Position numbers and translations under genes: made by a program | In this document: positions 38,971 through 48,195 of the stretch, in pieces | How positions within the stretch are numbered: the first letter of the stretch is position 1 | Layout: each line of letters starts with the position of its first letter | The notes under the pieces: generated by a model | Seen by the model: the letters and a program-made list of their open reading frames with translations, nothing else | Database searches by the model: none | Told to the model about the DNA's origin: nothing | Assembly (NCBI GenBank): GCA_964612665.1 | Contig: CAZTCI010000004.1 | Coordinates: 78,376 to 142,375 of the forward strand | Direction: 5' to 3' | Length of the DNA stretch: 64,000 nucleotides | From: an uncultured Planctomycetales bacterium | Lineage (GTDB): Bacteria; Omnitrophota; Gorgyraeia; Zapsychrales; JAHFFX01

Positions 38971-39021
38971 CTGGTAACTTCTGGTAACTTCCTTGTAACT
39001 TTTTTGAGTGCCCTGCGTTTA
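38971..39021 (+). promoter_or_regulatory. Putative ECF-type promoter with a triple GTAACTT repeat (-35 GTAAC-N17-CGT -10)
   Basis: CTGGTAACTT is duplicated exactly in tandem (38971..38990) and followed by CCTTGTAACTT. The last AAC is 17 nt upstream of CGTTTA at 39016, which resembles the ECF GGAAC-N16/17-CGT consensus. Confidence 0.4.
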
Positions 39022-39062
39022 AATGAGTGAGAGAGGGCAGATTTTTTAAGAAGACAACGCGA

Positions 39063-39644
39063 ATGGACAAGCCGGACGACGAATTAGTTCAAGAATATCT
39101 AAAGGGCACTGACGAGGCATTAGCCATGATTTTTCATCGTTATAAAAATCCGCTTTTTAATTATGCGCTCCGGATCCTAGGCAACCGCGCCGACGCCGAA
39201 GATACCTTAAGCGATGTCTTTCTTGTCCTTTTTGAGAAAAAATACCAGCCCGCAGCCAACGCTAAATTCTCTACCTGGCTTTATACCGTGACCCGCAACA
39301 GTTGCATCGACAAAATACGCAAAAGAAAAAAGTTTGTCGCGATGTGGTTCACCAACGAAGAAACCCGCGAACTCAAACCGCTTGAAATGCCCGCTTGTGA
39401 AAATCCGCCGGGCGAAACGCTTCAAAAAGAAGAAACCGCACGTTATATTCGCCGGGCACTCAACAAACTTCCCTTCTTACAAAAAGAAGCCTTGGTCTTA
39501 CGTGAATATCAGCAGTTGAGTTACGAAGAAATTGCCCAAGTGCTCAACTGTTCCCTTGAAAAAGTAAAGATTTTGATTTTCCGCGCCCGCAAAGCGCTTA
39601 AAGAAAATATTCCATCCTTTATTTTAAAGGAGGAAACTCCATGA
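39063..39644 (+). CDS. ECF-family RNA polymerase sigma-70 factor
   Basis: About 193 aa from the ATG at 39063 (the track start at 39027 is GTG). Region 2 is ...FNYALRILGNRADAEDTLSDVFLV.... Region 4 is ...LREYQQLSYEEIAQVLNCSLEKVKILIFRARKAL. Confidence 0.8.
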   Translation: MDKPDDELVQEYLKGTDEALAMIFHRYKNPLFNYALRILGNRADAEDTLSDVFLVLFEKKYQPAANAKFSTWLYTVTRNSCIDKIRKRKKFVAMWFTNEETRELKPLEMPACENPPGETLQKEETARYIRRALNKLPFLQKEALVLREYQQLSYEEIAQVLNCSLEKVKILIFRARKALKENIPSFILKEETP

Positions 39645-41986
39645 CCGATCATATCAAAATGCAGGAATTAATTTCCGCCTGGCTCGACGGAGAAGTGACG
39701 CCTTCTGAACGCGCCGAGGTTGAACAACATATCAAAGAATGTCCGGCTTGCGCCAAACTCGCCCAAGAATGGCGCACGCTTTCGTCTTCTCTTAAAAAAT
39801 GGCCTGATGAAGTTCTCTCTCCGGATCTTGAACAGAAAATTCAACAACGTTTGCGACATCCAAAATCTAAGGAGGAGAGTATGGAAACTCAAAAATTAGT
39901 CGGAATTGCTTTGACGATATGTATTGTGATTGCGTGCCTTCTTCATCGAAACGACACGTATACTCAATTATCTCTCGGAAGTCGTATTCGAACCGTCAGT
40001 TCTGAAGAATTAAGAAGACAAGAATTAAAAAGATATAGTCAGGCAAAGCAGGAACCATATTATATACAATTGCACTCGACGGATGACCGAAACAAAAAGA
40101 CGGAACCCACGCAGTTGGCGCAATTACAGGATTCGAAAGATTATTTAAGCGAGCGTGGGTATATTTTGGTGCCAGAGAAAGAAAAGAAAGCTGGAAATGA
40201 GCCGCAAGCAGTCATGAATGCTGGATTTAAAGCATTTCCAGACCGAGAAACATTAGCAAAAAGTGCTGTTAGTTCAAAGTTTCGAAATGATCTCAGTGAT
40301 CAGTTTTCACCGGGTAATACCGGGGCTGTTAAAACAGCCAGGCTGGCGCAAGGAAAAGTCGATATGTATGAGCCCTATTACTTGCAAAGTAATTATAAAG
40401 TTTCGAGGACGAAAGAATTGAAGCAAAAGGGGAACGAAAATTCTCCTGCTTCATCGATAGCTGAGTCTGAGGCCGTGTTATTTGCGCAAACACCGCCGAT
40501 GGATTTGAAAGATAATTATGGAGTTTATGGATATGAGCAGCAATTGACCGCTAATACAGAACAGTATGATCAGTTAAATGAGAATCAATTCAAACTAGCG
40601 CTTGATGAACCGCTGTCGACTTTTTCGATCGATGTAGATACGGCGTCTTATGCGAACATCCGTCGATTTATTAACAACGGTCAGCTCCCGCCGAAAGATG
40701 CGGTCCGCATTGAAGAGATGATCAATTATTTTAAATATGATTATCCACAGCCAAACCAGGAAGTTCCATTTACAGTGACGACAGAAGCGGCCGTGTGTCC
40801 GTGGAATAAGAAACATATTCTGGCGCTGATTGGATTGCAAGGCAAAAACATTGACACTAAACAACTGCCGCCGAGCAATCTGGTTTTCTTGATTGATGTT
40901 TCTGGTTCGATGGATGAGCCAAACAAGTTACCGCTGTTAAAGTCATCCTTCAAATTGTTAGTGAAACAACTTCGCCCAGAAGATCACGTGGCGATCGTTG
41001 TTTACGCCGGCAATGCGGGTTTGGTTTTGGAGACAACGCCCGGAAACGAACAAGCAAGAATCAATAACGCGATTGATAATCTTCAAGCGGGTGGTTCAAC
41101 GGCAGGCGGAGCTGGCATCCAGCTGGCTTATAAAATTGCAAAGGATAATTTTATCGCTTCCGGAAATAATCGAGTCATCTTAGCTACCGACGGAGATTTT
41201 AACGTCGGCGTTTCGAGTGACGATGAATTGGTTAAACTGATTGAAGAGAAACGCGATCAAGGGATTTTTTTAACTGTCTTAGGATTTGGTACCGGAAATT
41301 ATAAAGACAGCAAGATGGAAAAGCTCGCCGACAAAGGTAACGGCAATTATGCTTACATCGATAACATTCTGGAAGGCGAAAAAGTTTTTGTGCAGGAGTT
41401 GAGTTCAACACTTTTGACAATCGCCAAGGATGTTAAAATTCAAATTGAATTTAATCCCGGCCAAGTCAAAGCTTACCGGCTGATTGGTTATGAAAACCGT
41501 ATGCTGGCTAAAGAAGATTTTAACGATGACCGTAAAGACGCTGGTGAAATCGGCGCCGGGCACAGCGTGACCGCGCTTTATGAAATTGTCCCAGCGGATT
41601 CCGATGAAAACTTTAACAGCGTCGATCCTCTGAAGTATCAAAAGTCAGCGGAAACCTCGCCAAAACCGACGATCACGCCAAGCGATGATTGGATGACAGT
41701 GAAACTCCGTTATAAAGAACCGCAGGAGCAAACGAGCAAATTGCTGACTGAAGTTGTTTCAAAAAAGAAAGTTCAGTCAGATATCCGGTCAAATAATTTG
41801 AACTTTGCCTCTGCCGTTGCAGAGTTTGGGCTGCTCTTGCGTGATTCGTCCTATAAAGGAGAAGCCAATTATTCCGCCGTTCTGGAACGCGGCCAACATT
41901 CTGTCGGAGCTGATCCGCAGGGATACCGGGCAGAGTTTTTAAAGTTGGTCAAGATGGCGCAGATGTTAGGGGAGGGCGGTCAATAA
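39641..41986 (+). CDS. Anti-sigma factor (zf-HC2) fused to a periplasmic von Willebrand factor A domain and a DUF3520-like C-terminal region
   Basis: 781 aa. Its start overlaps the sigma stop (ATGA). The N-terminal ...LISAWLDGEVTPSERAEVEQHIKECPACAKL... is a zinc-finger anti-sigma motif. A TM helix follows (LVGIALTICIVIACLL). ...NLVFLIDVSGSMDEPNKLPLLKSS... is a vWA MIDAS motif. The C-terminus is YfbK-like. Confidence 0.75.
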   Translation: MTDHIKMQELISAWLDGEVTPSERAEVEQHIKECPACAKLAQEWRTLSSSLKKWPDEVLSPDLEQKIQQRLRHPKSKEESMETQKLVGIALTICIVIACLLHRNDTYTQLSLGSRIRTVSSEELRRQELKRYSQAKQEPYYIQLHSTDDRNKKTEPTQLAQLQDSKDYLSERGYILVPEKEKKAGNEPQAVMNAGFKAFPDRETLAKSAVSSKFRNDLSDQFSPGNTGAVKTARLAQGKVDMYEPYYLQSNYKVSRTKELKQKGNENSPASSIAESEAVLFAQTPPMDLKDNYGVYGYEQQLTANTEQYDQLNENQFKLALDEPLSTFSIDVDTASYANIRRFINNGQLPPKDAVRIEEMINYFKYDYPQPNQEVPFTVTTEAAVCPWNKKHILALIGLQGKNIDTKQLPPSNLVFLIDVSGSMDEPNKLPLLKSSFKLLVKQLRPEDHVAIVVYAGNAGLVLETTPGNEQARINNAIDNLQAGGSTAGGAGIQLAYKIAKDNFIASGNNRVILATDGDFNVGVSSDDELVKLIEEKRDQGIFLTVLGFGTGNYKDSKMEKLADKGNGNYAYIDNILEGEKVFVQELSSTLLTIAKDVKIQIEFNPGQVKAYRLIGYENRMLAKEDFNDDRKDAGEIGAGHSVTALYEIVPADSDENFNSVDPLKYQKSAETSPKPTITPSDDWMTVKLRYKEPQEQTSKLLTEVVSKKKVQSDIRSNNLNFASAVAEFGLLLRDSSYKGEANYSAVLERGQHSVGADPQGYRAEFLKLVKMAQMLGEGGQ
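41575..41596. repeat. 22-nt exact repeat, copy 2 (inside the anti-sigma/vWA CDS, encoding ...AGHSVTAL...)
   Basis: Identical to 37565..37586. Confidence 0.8.
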
Positions 41987-41994
41987 GTTACACC

Positions 41995-42050
41995 GGGCGC
42001 CCCGCGGCAATAACGGATAAACGACGCGGGGCGCCCAGCGTTGTTTTATC
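41995..42050 (+). terminator. Rho-independent terminator after the vWA gene
   Basis: CCGGGCGCCCCGCG-(loop)-CGCGGGGCGCCCAG. It uses the same GGGCGCCCCGC arms as the glnK terminator. Confidence 0.5.
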
Positions 42051-42303
42051 CAATCATTTATTCCCCAGATTGTCTTTTACTTCCACTCAAACACTCATCC
42101 ATACTCATTTCTTATCTTGAAAAATCCAACTGGCACAGGTATAGTACTGTCTTTGTTGAGCATTACTGACCTTTTCTCTGCCAAAAATAAGGTTGTTCTA
42201 TCATTCTCAGGGAGAAAAAGGCCTAGTACTAGACTTTTGCAATGCAAAAGTCAGTAACTCCAGCGCCAAACATCAAGTGATAGTAATATAGAAGTAGAAC
42301 CTC

Positions 42304-43824
42304 ATGATTACCAATCCGTATCTCCTTATTGGACTACCATGTCTTTCAGCTTTTTTGTTTTATTTAGGATTTCCTAATTTCATTAATATTTTTGGGTTTG
42401 AGTGGCTGGCTTGGTTTTGTTTGATCCCACTCTTTTTTAGTCTCGACGGGCAACCTTTGAAAGAGCGTCTTAAAATCGGCGCTCTTTTTTCTTTTATCGC
42501 GTTTTGTCTTTTGGTCAATTGGCTTTTACCCTACAACATCTTTGGTTATTTTGCTTTTGTCATCGCTCTTTCGATTGGGCCGATCTTTTTTGCGGTTTTT
42601 TTCCCTTGTCCTTGGCCGAGTAAACTAATCAACCTCATTTATGTCCCCGCCCTCTGGGTTGCAACCGAATTTTTACGCACAATTCTTCTTGGTGGATTTT
42701 CCTGGTCTTTTGGCCACTCACAGGCTTTTCAAACCAATATCATTCAATTGGCCGATATCACGGGTGCTTATGGTCTGTCATTTATTTTGGTCTGGATCAA
42801 TTATTGTCTTTTCATGATTCTTAAAGAGCCGGATGACCGTTATGTATATGGGGCTGGCTGCCTTTTGGTCATTATCGTGTTATGGCTTTACGCTTATTTT
42901 TCGCCAGCGGTTAATTTGTCTTCAAAGTCTGAACCGATTTTTTATGAAATCGCGACCATTCAGCCCAACATTTCTCCGACGGAAAAATGGGACCCGCAAA
43001 GGATTAACGAGGTCATTAATAAGCACATTCATTTGACCCAAAAATCGCTTAAAAACCGTGAGCCTGATATTGTGGTTTGGCCGGAGACTGCGATTCCGGA
43101 TGATTTTATTCGTAATCCCCGGATGCGTGACAAAGTCACTCAGATTGCGACCCAAGTCAAATCGCATCTTTTAATCGGCGCTGCTTTATTTGAAAATGAA
43201 CGGGATTACAATAGCGTTGTCTTTCTCAACGGCCGCGGTGCGGTTCTGGATATTTACCGCAAAAAATATTTAATTCCATTCAGTGAATATCTGCCGCTCA
43301 AACAATATTTTTCTTTCTTGCGGGAAGTTTTTAATTTTAATATTTACGATTTTTATCCCGGACAAAGTGTTGGCGTTTTTACGATTCATAAGAAATGGGA
43401 CAAGGATTATCAGGAACAAAAATTTGGCGTGGCTTTATGTTCTGAGGGCGGCTATCCGGTTTTGTTCCGGCAGCTCGTCGCGCAGGGAAGTGGTTTTATT
43501 ATTTTAATGTTAAACGATGCGTGGTTTCCGAGTAAATCCGCCATGATTCTGCACGCGCAAAATGAAATCATGCGTTCGGTTGAAAATCATGTGCCTATCG
43601 TGCGTGCCGCTAATTCCGGATGGTCGTGTTCTATTGATGAATTTGGGCGGGTTAAAGGTAACGCGTTACAGCGTCCGGAACTTATGACTTCAGGATTTTA
43701 TCTTTCGCATGTCGCGCCGAACCAGCAAAAAACTTTTTACACAAAATTTGGTGATATATTTTCTGTGTTTTGTTTGCTTTTTGTTATAATGACCGCAGCG
43801 CCGAAAATAAAAAATTTTTTATAA
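42304..43824 (+). CDS. lnt: Apolipoprotein N-acyltransferase
   Basis: 506 aa. Multi-TM N-domain plus a CN-hydrolase domain (...DIVVWPETAIP..., ...VALCSEGGYP...). Confidence 0.8.
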   Translation: MITNPYLLIGLPCLSAFLFYLGFPNFINIFGFEWLAWFCLIPLFFSLDGQPLKERLKIGALFSFIAFCLLVNWLLPYNIFGYFAFVIALSIGPIFFAVFFPCPWPSKLINLIYVPALWVATEFLRTILLGGFSWSFGHSQAFQTNIIQLADITGAYGLSFILVWINYCLFMILKEPDDRYVYGAGCLLVIIVLWLYAYFSPAVNLSSKSEPIFYEIATIQPNISPTEKWDPQRINEVINKHIHLTQKSLKNREPDIVVWPETAIPDDFIRNPRMRDKVTQIATQVKSHLLIGAALFENERDYNSVVFLNGRGAVLDIYRKKYLIPFSEYLPLKQYFSFLREVFNFNIYDFYPGQSVGVFTIHKKWDKDYQEQKFGVALCSEGGYPVLFRQLVAQGSGFIILMLNDAWFPSKSAMILHAQNEIMRSVENHVPIVRAANSGWSCSIDEFGRVKGNALQRPELMTSGFYLSHVAPNQQKTFYTKFGDIFSVFCLLFVIMTAAPKIKNFL

Positions 43825-43841
43825 AGAAAGATTTGAAGATC

Positions 43842-44933
43842 ATGCGTTGGACGGCCAGAGTCAGCTTATATTTTTCCGTCATAATTTCTTTTATTTTTTT
43901 AATCCTTCCTAACGCCTTTGGCGCTGGTGCCGTTGCCCAGCGCAAACAGGCCATCCAGCAGCGGCAAAAAGCTGTCGAAGAACAAATCATCAAACAGCGC
44001 GTCGCCGCCGAGCAGCAAGCTTTCGCCGAACGTCAAGCCGCCATCCAGAAACGTGTCATGGAAGAGCGCGCGATGGCTGAAGCGATCGCGCGGAAAAAAA
44101 TGATGATTCAACAACAGCAGCAAGCGATTGCTCAAGCGATTGCGCAAAAACGCGCGCAAGAACAAATGGCCTTTGAGGCCGCGAAAGCACTGAAACAGCG
44201 TCAAGCCGCCGCGCAAGGTCAGGCGGTTGCCGAAGTGGTTCAAGAGAAACGCTCCGCCGAACAAAAGGCTTTCCAAACGGCAGCAGCCCGCAAGGCTCAG
44301 TATGTGGCTCAACAACAAGCTCAACTCCAAGCAAACGCCGTCGGGCAGGCTGTTGCACAAAAACGAGCGCAGGAACAAATGTTAGCGGCGCGCGTACTTG
44401 GTACGCGCAATCAAATGGCGCAGGATAAACTTGCCGAGGAACAAGCGATTGTCGCCCAGCAAGGTGTTTTAGTCTCCGGAGCTCGTCACAAAGTTGGGCA
44501 AGAAATCGGTCAATTGGCGATGGCGGGTCAGGCTCAACAAGCTCAACAGCAGGCGGCCCAGCATTCCGGCGAGGTGGCGCAGGTCGCTAATATTGAAGAT
44601 GTTTGGCAAACGATGGAAACTTCCAGCCGCGCGTGGCCTCTGATGATCGACGCAGATGCCAAGGCGCTTACGGTCGCTTACTTCATAAAACGTTATCAGC
44701 AGCAAGGCATCACGATGCATAAAGACCCCATGGTTTACGTCGGGATGATCGACGGCATGTTCCAGCAAAGTCCGGATATGATCAATGAACCTTTTGAAAA
44801 AGTTTTACAAATGGCGGCGATTATCGAATACGATTTCGAAAACGGCGCCGATAAAGATATGATGGCCAAAAAAATTCTAGGCGACAAAGCCTTCGCAGCG
44901 AATAAACAGCGGCTGGCGGCGGAGAAAAAATAG
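43842..44933 (+). CDS. Secreted Gln/Ala-rich tandem-repeat protein
   Basis: About 363 aa from the ATG at 43842. Signal/TM, then degenerate repeats (AIAQKRAQEQM x2, AEQ[QK]AF x3), then a non-repetitive C-terminal domain. Confidence 0.45.
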   Translation: MRWTARVSLYFSVIISFIFLILPNAFGAGAVAQRKQAIQQRQKAVEEQIIKQRVAAEQQAFAERQAAIQKRVMEERAMAEAIARKKMMIQQQQQAIAQAIAQKRAQEQMAFEAAKALKQRQAAAQGQAVAEVVQEKRSAEQKAFQTAAARKAQYVAQQQAQLQANAVGQAVAQKRAQEQMLAARVLGTRNQMAQDKLAEEQAIVAQQGVLVSGARHKVGQEIGQLAMAGQAQQAQQQAAQHSGEVAQVANIEDVWQTMETSSRAWPLMIDADAKALTVAYFIKRYQQQGITMHKDPMVYVGMIDGMFQQSPDMINEPFEKVLQMAAIIEYDFENGADKDMMAKKILGDKAFAANKQRLAAEKK

Positions 44934-44988
44934 AACAAATTTTTAGTAAAAGTTGAAATGAATTCACTGTCTTTTTCTTATCTGTTTT

Positions 44989-46482
44989 ATGAAACCTTCC
45001 TACATTCTCGCCATTGATCAAGGCACGACGGGTTCAAGGGCTATTTTGTTTGACAGCAAGGGCTGTATCGTAACTAGTGCCTATCAAGAATTCAAACAAT
45101 ACTTTCCTAAACCTGGCTGGGTTGAACATGACGCCGAGGAGATCTGGCAGTCGTGTGCCAACGTCATTGCTAAAGCCATCAAGCAGTCTAAAATTCATTC
45201 CACTCAAATCGCTGCAATCGGCATTACCAATCAACGTGAAACGACTGTTGTCTGGGACCGGAAAATTTCCAAGCCCGTTTACAACGCGATTGTCTGGCAA
45301 TGTCGACGGACAGCCGCGATGTGCCAGGAGAAAAATTTAAAACAGCATGAGAAAACGATCCGCCACAAAACTGGATTGGTCTTGGATGCTTATTTTTCCG
45401 GGACCAAAATTAAATGGCTTTTGGACAATGTTAAAGGTTTAAAAAAGAAAGCTCAGCGCGGGGAAGGGTGTTTCGGCACAATCGACAGCTGGCTGATTTG
45501 GAAATTGACCGGCGGGAAAAGCCATGTCACGGATATGACAAACGCTTCGCGTACGATGGTTTTTAATATCCGGACTTTAAAGTGGGATGAGGAGCTTTTA
45601 AAAATTTTAAATATTCCGTCGGGAATCTTGCCCAAAGTCCAAGAGTCGGGATCGATTTTTGGACATACGGCCAAGGGTGTTGCTGGTTTGTCGTCGGGGA
45701 TTCCGATTGCGGCGGTGATGGGCGACCAACAGGCGGCGCTTTACGGGCAGGCCTGTTGGTCGCCCGGTACAATCAAGAATACCTACGGCACGGGTTGTTT
45801 TTTAGTTTTAAACACCGGAAAGAATTTGGGCGTTTCCAAAAATGGATTGTTGTCCACGATTGCTTGCGATCAATCGGGCCGGCCGGTTTATGCGCTTGAA
45901 GGTTCCATTTTCATCGCAGGTGCGGTCATTCAATGGCTGCGCGATCAATTGAATGTTATCGAACGTTCGTCGGATTCTGAAAGTTTTATTAAAGATTTAA
46001 AAAGTACCGACGGAGTTTACTTCATTCCTGCCTTTACTGGTTTGGGCGCGCCTTATTGGAATTCTCAAGCCCGCGGGATGATCTGCGGTTTGACCCGAGG
46101 CACATCCAAACGTCATATTGTGCGGGCGGCGCTTGAAGCGATTGCGTATCAAACGAAAGATGTTTTTGATTTAATGAAAAAAGATTCTGGTTTAAAAATT
46201 ACGACGTTGAAAGTCGACGGCGGGGCTTGCCAGAATAATTTCTTGATGCAATTTCAGGCGGATCTTTTAAACTGCTGTCTTGTCCGGCCGAAGCTGATCG
46301 AATCAACCGCAACGGGTGTCGCGTATCTTGCCGGATTAAAGGTAGGTTTGTGGCGGTCTCAAGATCTACAAAAGTTTTACGCTGTTCAGCGGAAATTTTT
46401 GCCGTCGATGTCAGAGACCGAGCAGAAATACCTGTATCAAGGCTGGCAGCGTGCCGTACAAATGACGTTAGCTGCATGTTAA
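44989..46482 (+). CDS. glpK: Glycerol kinase
   Basis: 497 aa. MKPSYILAIDQGTTGSRAILFD... is the FGGY kinase N-terminus, and the C-terminal FGGY domain is present. Confidence 0.92.
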   Translation: MKPSYILAIDQGTTGSRAILFDSKGCIVTSAYQEFKQYFPKPGWVEHDAEEIWQSCANVIAKAIKQSKIHSTQIAAIGITNQRETTVVWDRKISKPVYNAIVWQCRRTAAMCQEKNLKQHEKTIRHKTGLVLDAYFSGTKIKWLLDNVKGLKKKAQRGEGCFGTIDSWLIWKLTGGKSHVTDMTNASRTMVFNIRTLKWDEELLKILNIPSGILPKVQESGSIFGHTAKGVAGLSSGIPIAAVMGDQQAALYGQACWSPGTIKNTYGTGCFLVLNTGKNLGVSKNGLLSTIACDQSGRPVYALEGSIFIAGAVIQWLRDQLNVIERSSDSESFIKDLKSTDGVYFIPAFTGLGAPYWNSQARGMICGLTRGTSKRHIVRAALEAIAYQTKDVFDLMKKDSGLKITTLKVDGGACQNNFLMQFQADLLNCCLVRPKLIESTATGVAYLAGLKVGLWRSQDLQKFYAVQRKFLPSMSETEQKYLYQGWQRAVQMTLAAC

Positions 46483-47999
46483 GAGACATTGAAAAACTTT
46501 CTCAAGGCGAATACGACCTTGTTGTCATCGGCGGTGGTATTAATGGCGCGGCGATCGCCCATAAAGCGGCGGCCAGACGCTGGCGGGTCGCGCTTCTGGA
46601 AAAAAATGATTTCGCCAGCGGCACTTCAAGCAAATCCACCAAATTAATCCACGGCGGCATCCGGTATCTTGAAAATTTCGAATTTGACCTCGTCCGTGAA
46701 TCCCTCAAAGAACGTTCTATTCAGTTTCAAAGCGTCCCGCATTTGGTTAAGCCAATGCCATTTGTTGTTCCCGTTTATAAAGGCGATAAGCGTCCGTTAT
46801 GGATGATGTCGTTCGGCGTGTGGCTCTATGATTTTTTAGCAGGACGATACAAAATTGGAGAACATAAACGTTTGTCCAAGGAAGAGATCATGAGTCTCGA
46901 GCCCGCCATTGATCATCAAAATCTCGTCGGGGGTGTTATGTATTTTGACGCGCAGATGGATGACGCGCGGCTGTGTTTGGAAAATGTTTTAAGCGCCGCG
47001 CAAAAAGGCGCGCAGGTCGCCAATTATGTTGAGGTCAAAGAATTCATTAAAGAAAACGGCCGCGCTGTCGGCATTAAGGCAATTGACCGCCTGGCCCAGA
47101 AATCTTTTCAGATAAAAGCCAAAAAGTTTGTCTGCACCGTCGGGCCATGGACGAACGAGGTTTTAAAAAATGATCATCCTTCCGCGCCGCCTAAAATCCG
47201 GCTGACCAAAGGCGTTCACATTGTTTATGAAGGCGAGCTCACCCAACATGCTTTGTTATTGACGACGAAAAAGGATAGCCGCGTATTTTTTATTATTCCA
47301 TGGATGGGAAATTCTCTCATAGGCACAACCGATACCGATTACCGCGAAAGTCCTGATCAGGTCGTGGCTGAAGAAAGCGATATCGAATATTTATTAACCG
47401 AAACGCAGCGCGTTTTTCCGGGGATCAGTTTATCCCTCGATAAGGTCATCACAACGTTTGCCGGATTACGGCCGCTCGTTGTCGGAGAGGGATCGCCGTC
47501 GAATTTGTCGCGCAAGCATTTGATTTTTGAGAATTATTCGGGCGTGGCGTTTGTGATCGGCGGGAAATATACGACCTATCGTAAGATTGCCGAAGATTGT
47601 GTTGCGAAAATCGCCGCCGGGCTGGCCCCGCGAAAACGTGACATGGCCAGCCCCGCGTCGGAAACGTCCTACCCTCTCTACGGCAGCGGCTCAATCGAAG
47701 AAAACGCCGAATCCCTCGCCGAGCAATACGGTTTGCCCGTTACGAGCGTAGAATATTTAATGGACATCTACGGCACTCGTTATAAGGATATATTGACTTT
47801 AACGCTCAATCGGCCGGATTTTAAAAAAACGATTTGCACCTGTTCTCCGGCGATCGCCGCCCAAATCGTTTATTCCATTGAAGTCGAAATGGCCCGCACA
47901 TCGGACGATATTCTAACCCGGCGGCTAGGCTTAACGTATGTAGGCTGCAAAAAAGGAGACTGCCAGAAAGCGGTAGAAAGTTTTCTGGCGACGATATAA
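46476..47999 (+). CDS. glpD: FAD-dependent glycerol-3-phosphate dehydrogenase
   Basis: ...YDLVVIGGGINGAAIAHKAAARRWRVALLEKNDFASGTSSKSTKLIHGGIRYLE... is the GlpA/GlpD N-terminal FAD-binding signature. The ATG at 46476 overlaps the glpK stop (ATGTTAA); the track start at 46350 is an extension. Confidence 0.85.
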   Translation: MLRDIEKLSQGEYDLVVIGGGINGAAIAHKAAARRWRVALLEKNDFASGTSSKSTKLIHGGIRYLENFEFDLVRESLKERSIQFQSVPHLVKPMPFVVPVYKGDKRPLWMMSFGVWLYDFLAGRYKIGEHKRLSKEEIMSLEPAIDHQNLVGGVMYFDAQMDDARLCLENVLSAAQKGAQVANYVEVKEFIKENGRAVGIKAIDRLAQKSFQIKAKKFVCTVGPWTNEVLKNDHPSAPPKIRLTKGVHIVYEGELTQHALLLTTKKDSRVFFIIPWMGNSLIGTTDTDYRESPDQVVAEESDIEYLLTETQRVFPGISLSLDKVITTFAGLRPLVVGEGSPSNLSRKHLIFENYSGVAFVIGGKYTTYRKIAEDCVAKIAAGLAPRKRDMASPASETSYPLYGSGSIEENAESLAEQYGLPVTSVEYLMDIYGTRYKDILTLTLNRPDFKKTICTCSPAIAAQIVYSIEVEMARTSDDILTRRLGLTYVGCKKGDCQKAVESFLATI

Positions 48000-48009
48000 A
48001 TTTGCGAGG

Positions 48010-48050
48010 TTACCCATCCACACCCCGGAGGTGTAGATGGGGTAAGTTTA
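48010..48050 (+). terminator. Rho-independent terminator after glpD
   Basis: TTACCCATC-CACACC-ccgg-AGGTGTAG-ATGGGGTAA followed by GTTTATT. Confidence 0.5.
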
Positions 48051-48195
48051 TTGGCCTGGGGTTGACAAAATTGAACCTAATGCTATAGTGTCTAGGGCTT
48101 GGAAATGTAGTCCAAGTCTCGTCGTGATCAATCAATTCCCGAACAACATTTAGTCATCCCTTTCGCTTAAAGATTTTAAGCGGAATCAGTTTTAC

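Noticed and set aside
43899-44378. 159-aa and 100-aa antisense ORFs inside the Gln/Ala-rich repeat gene
   Set aside because: They are low-complexity mirror frames of the GCN/CAG-rich repeat region (Leu/Arg-rich), with no start context.
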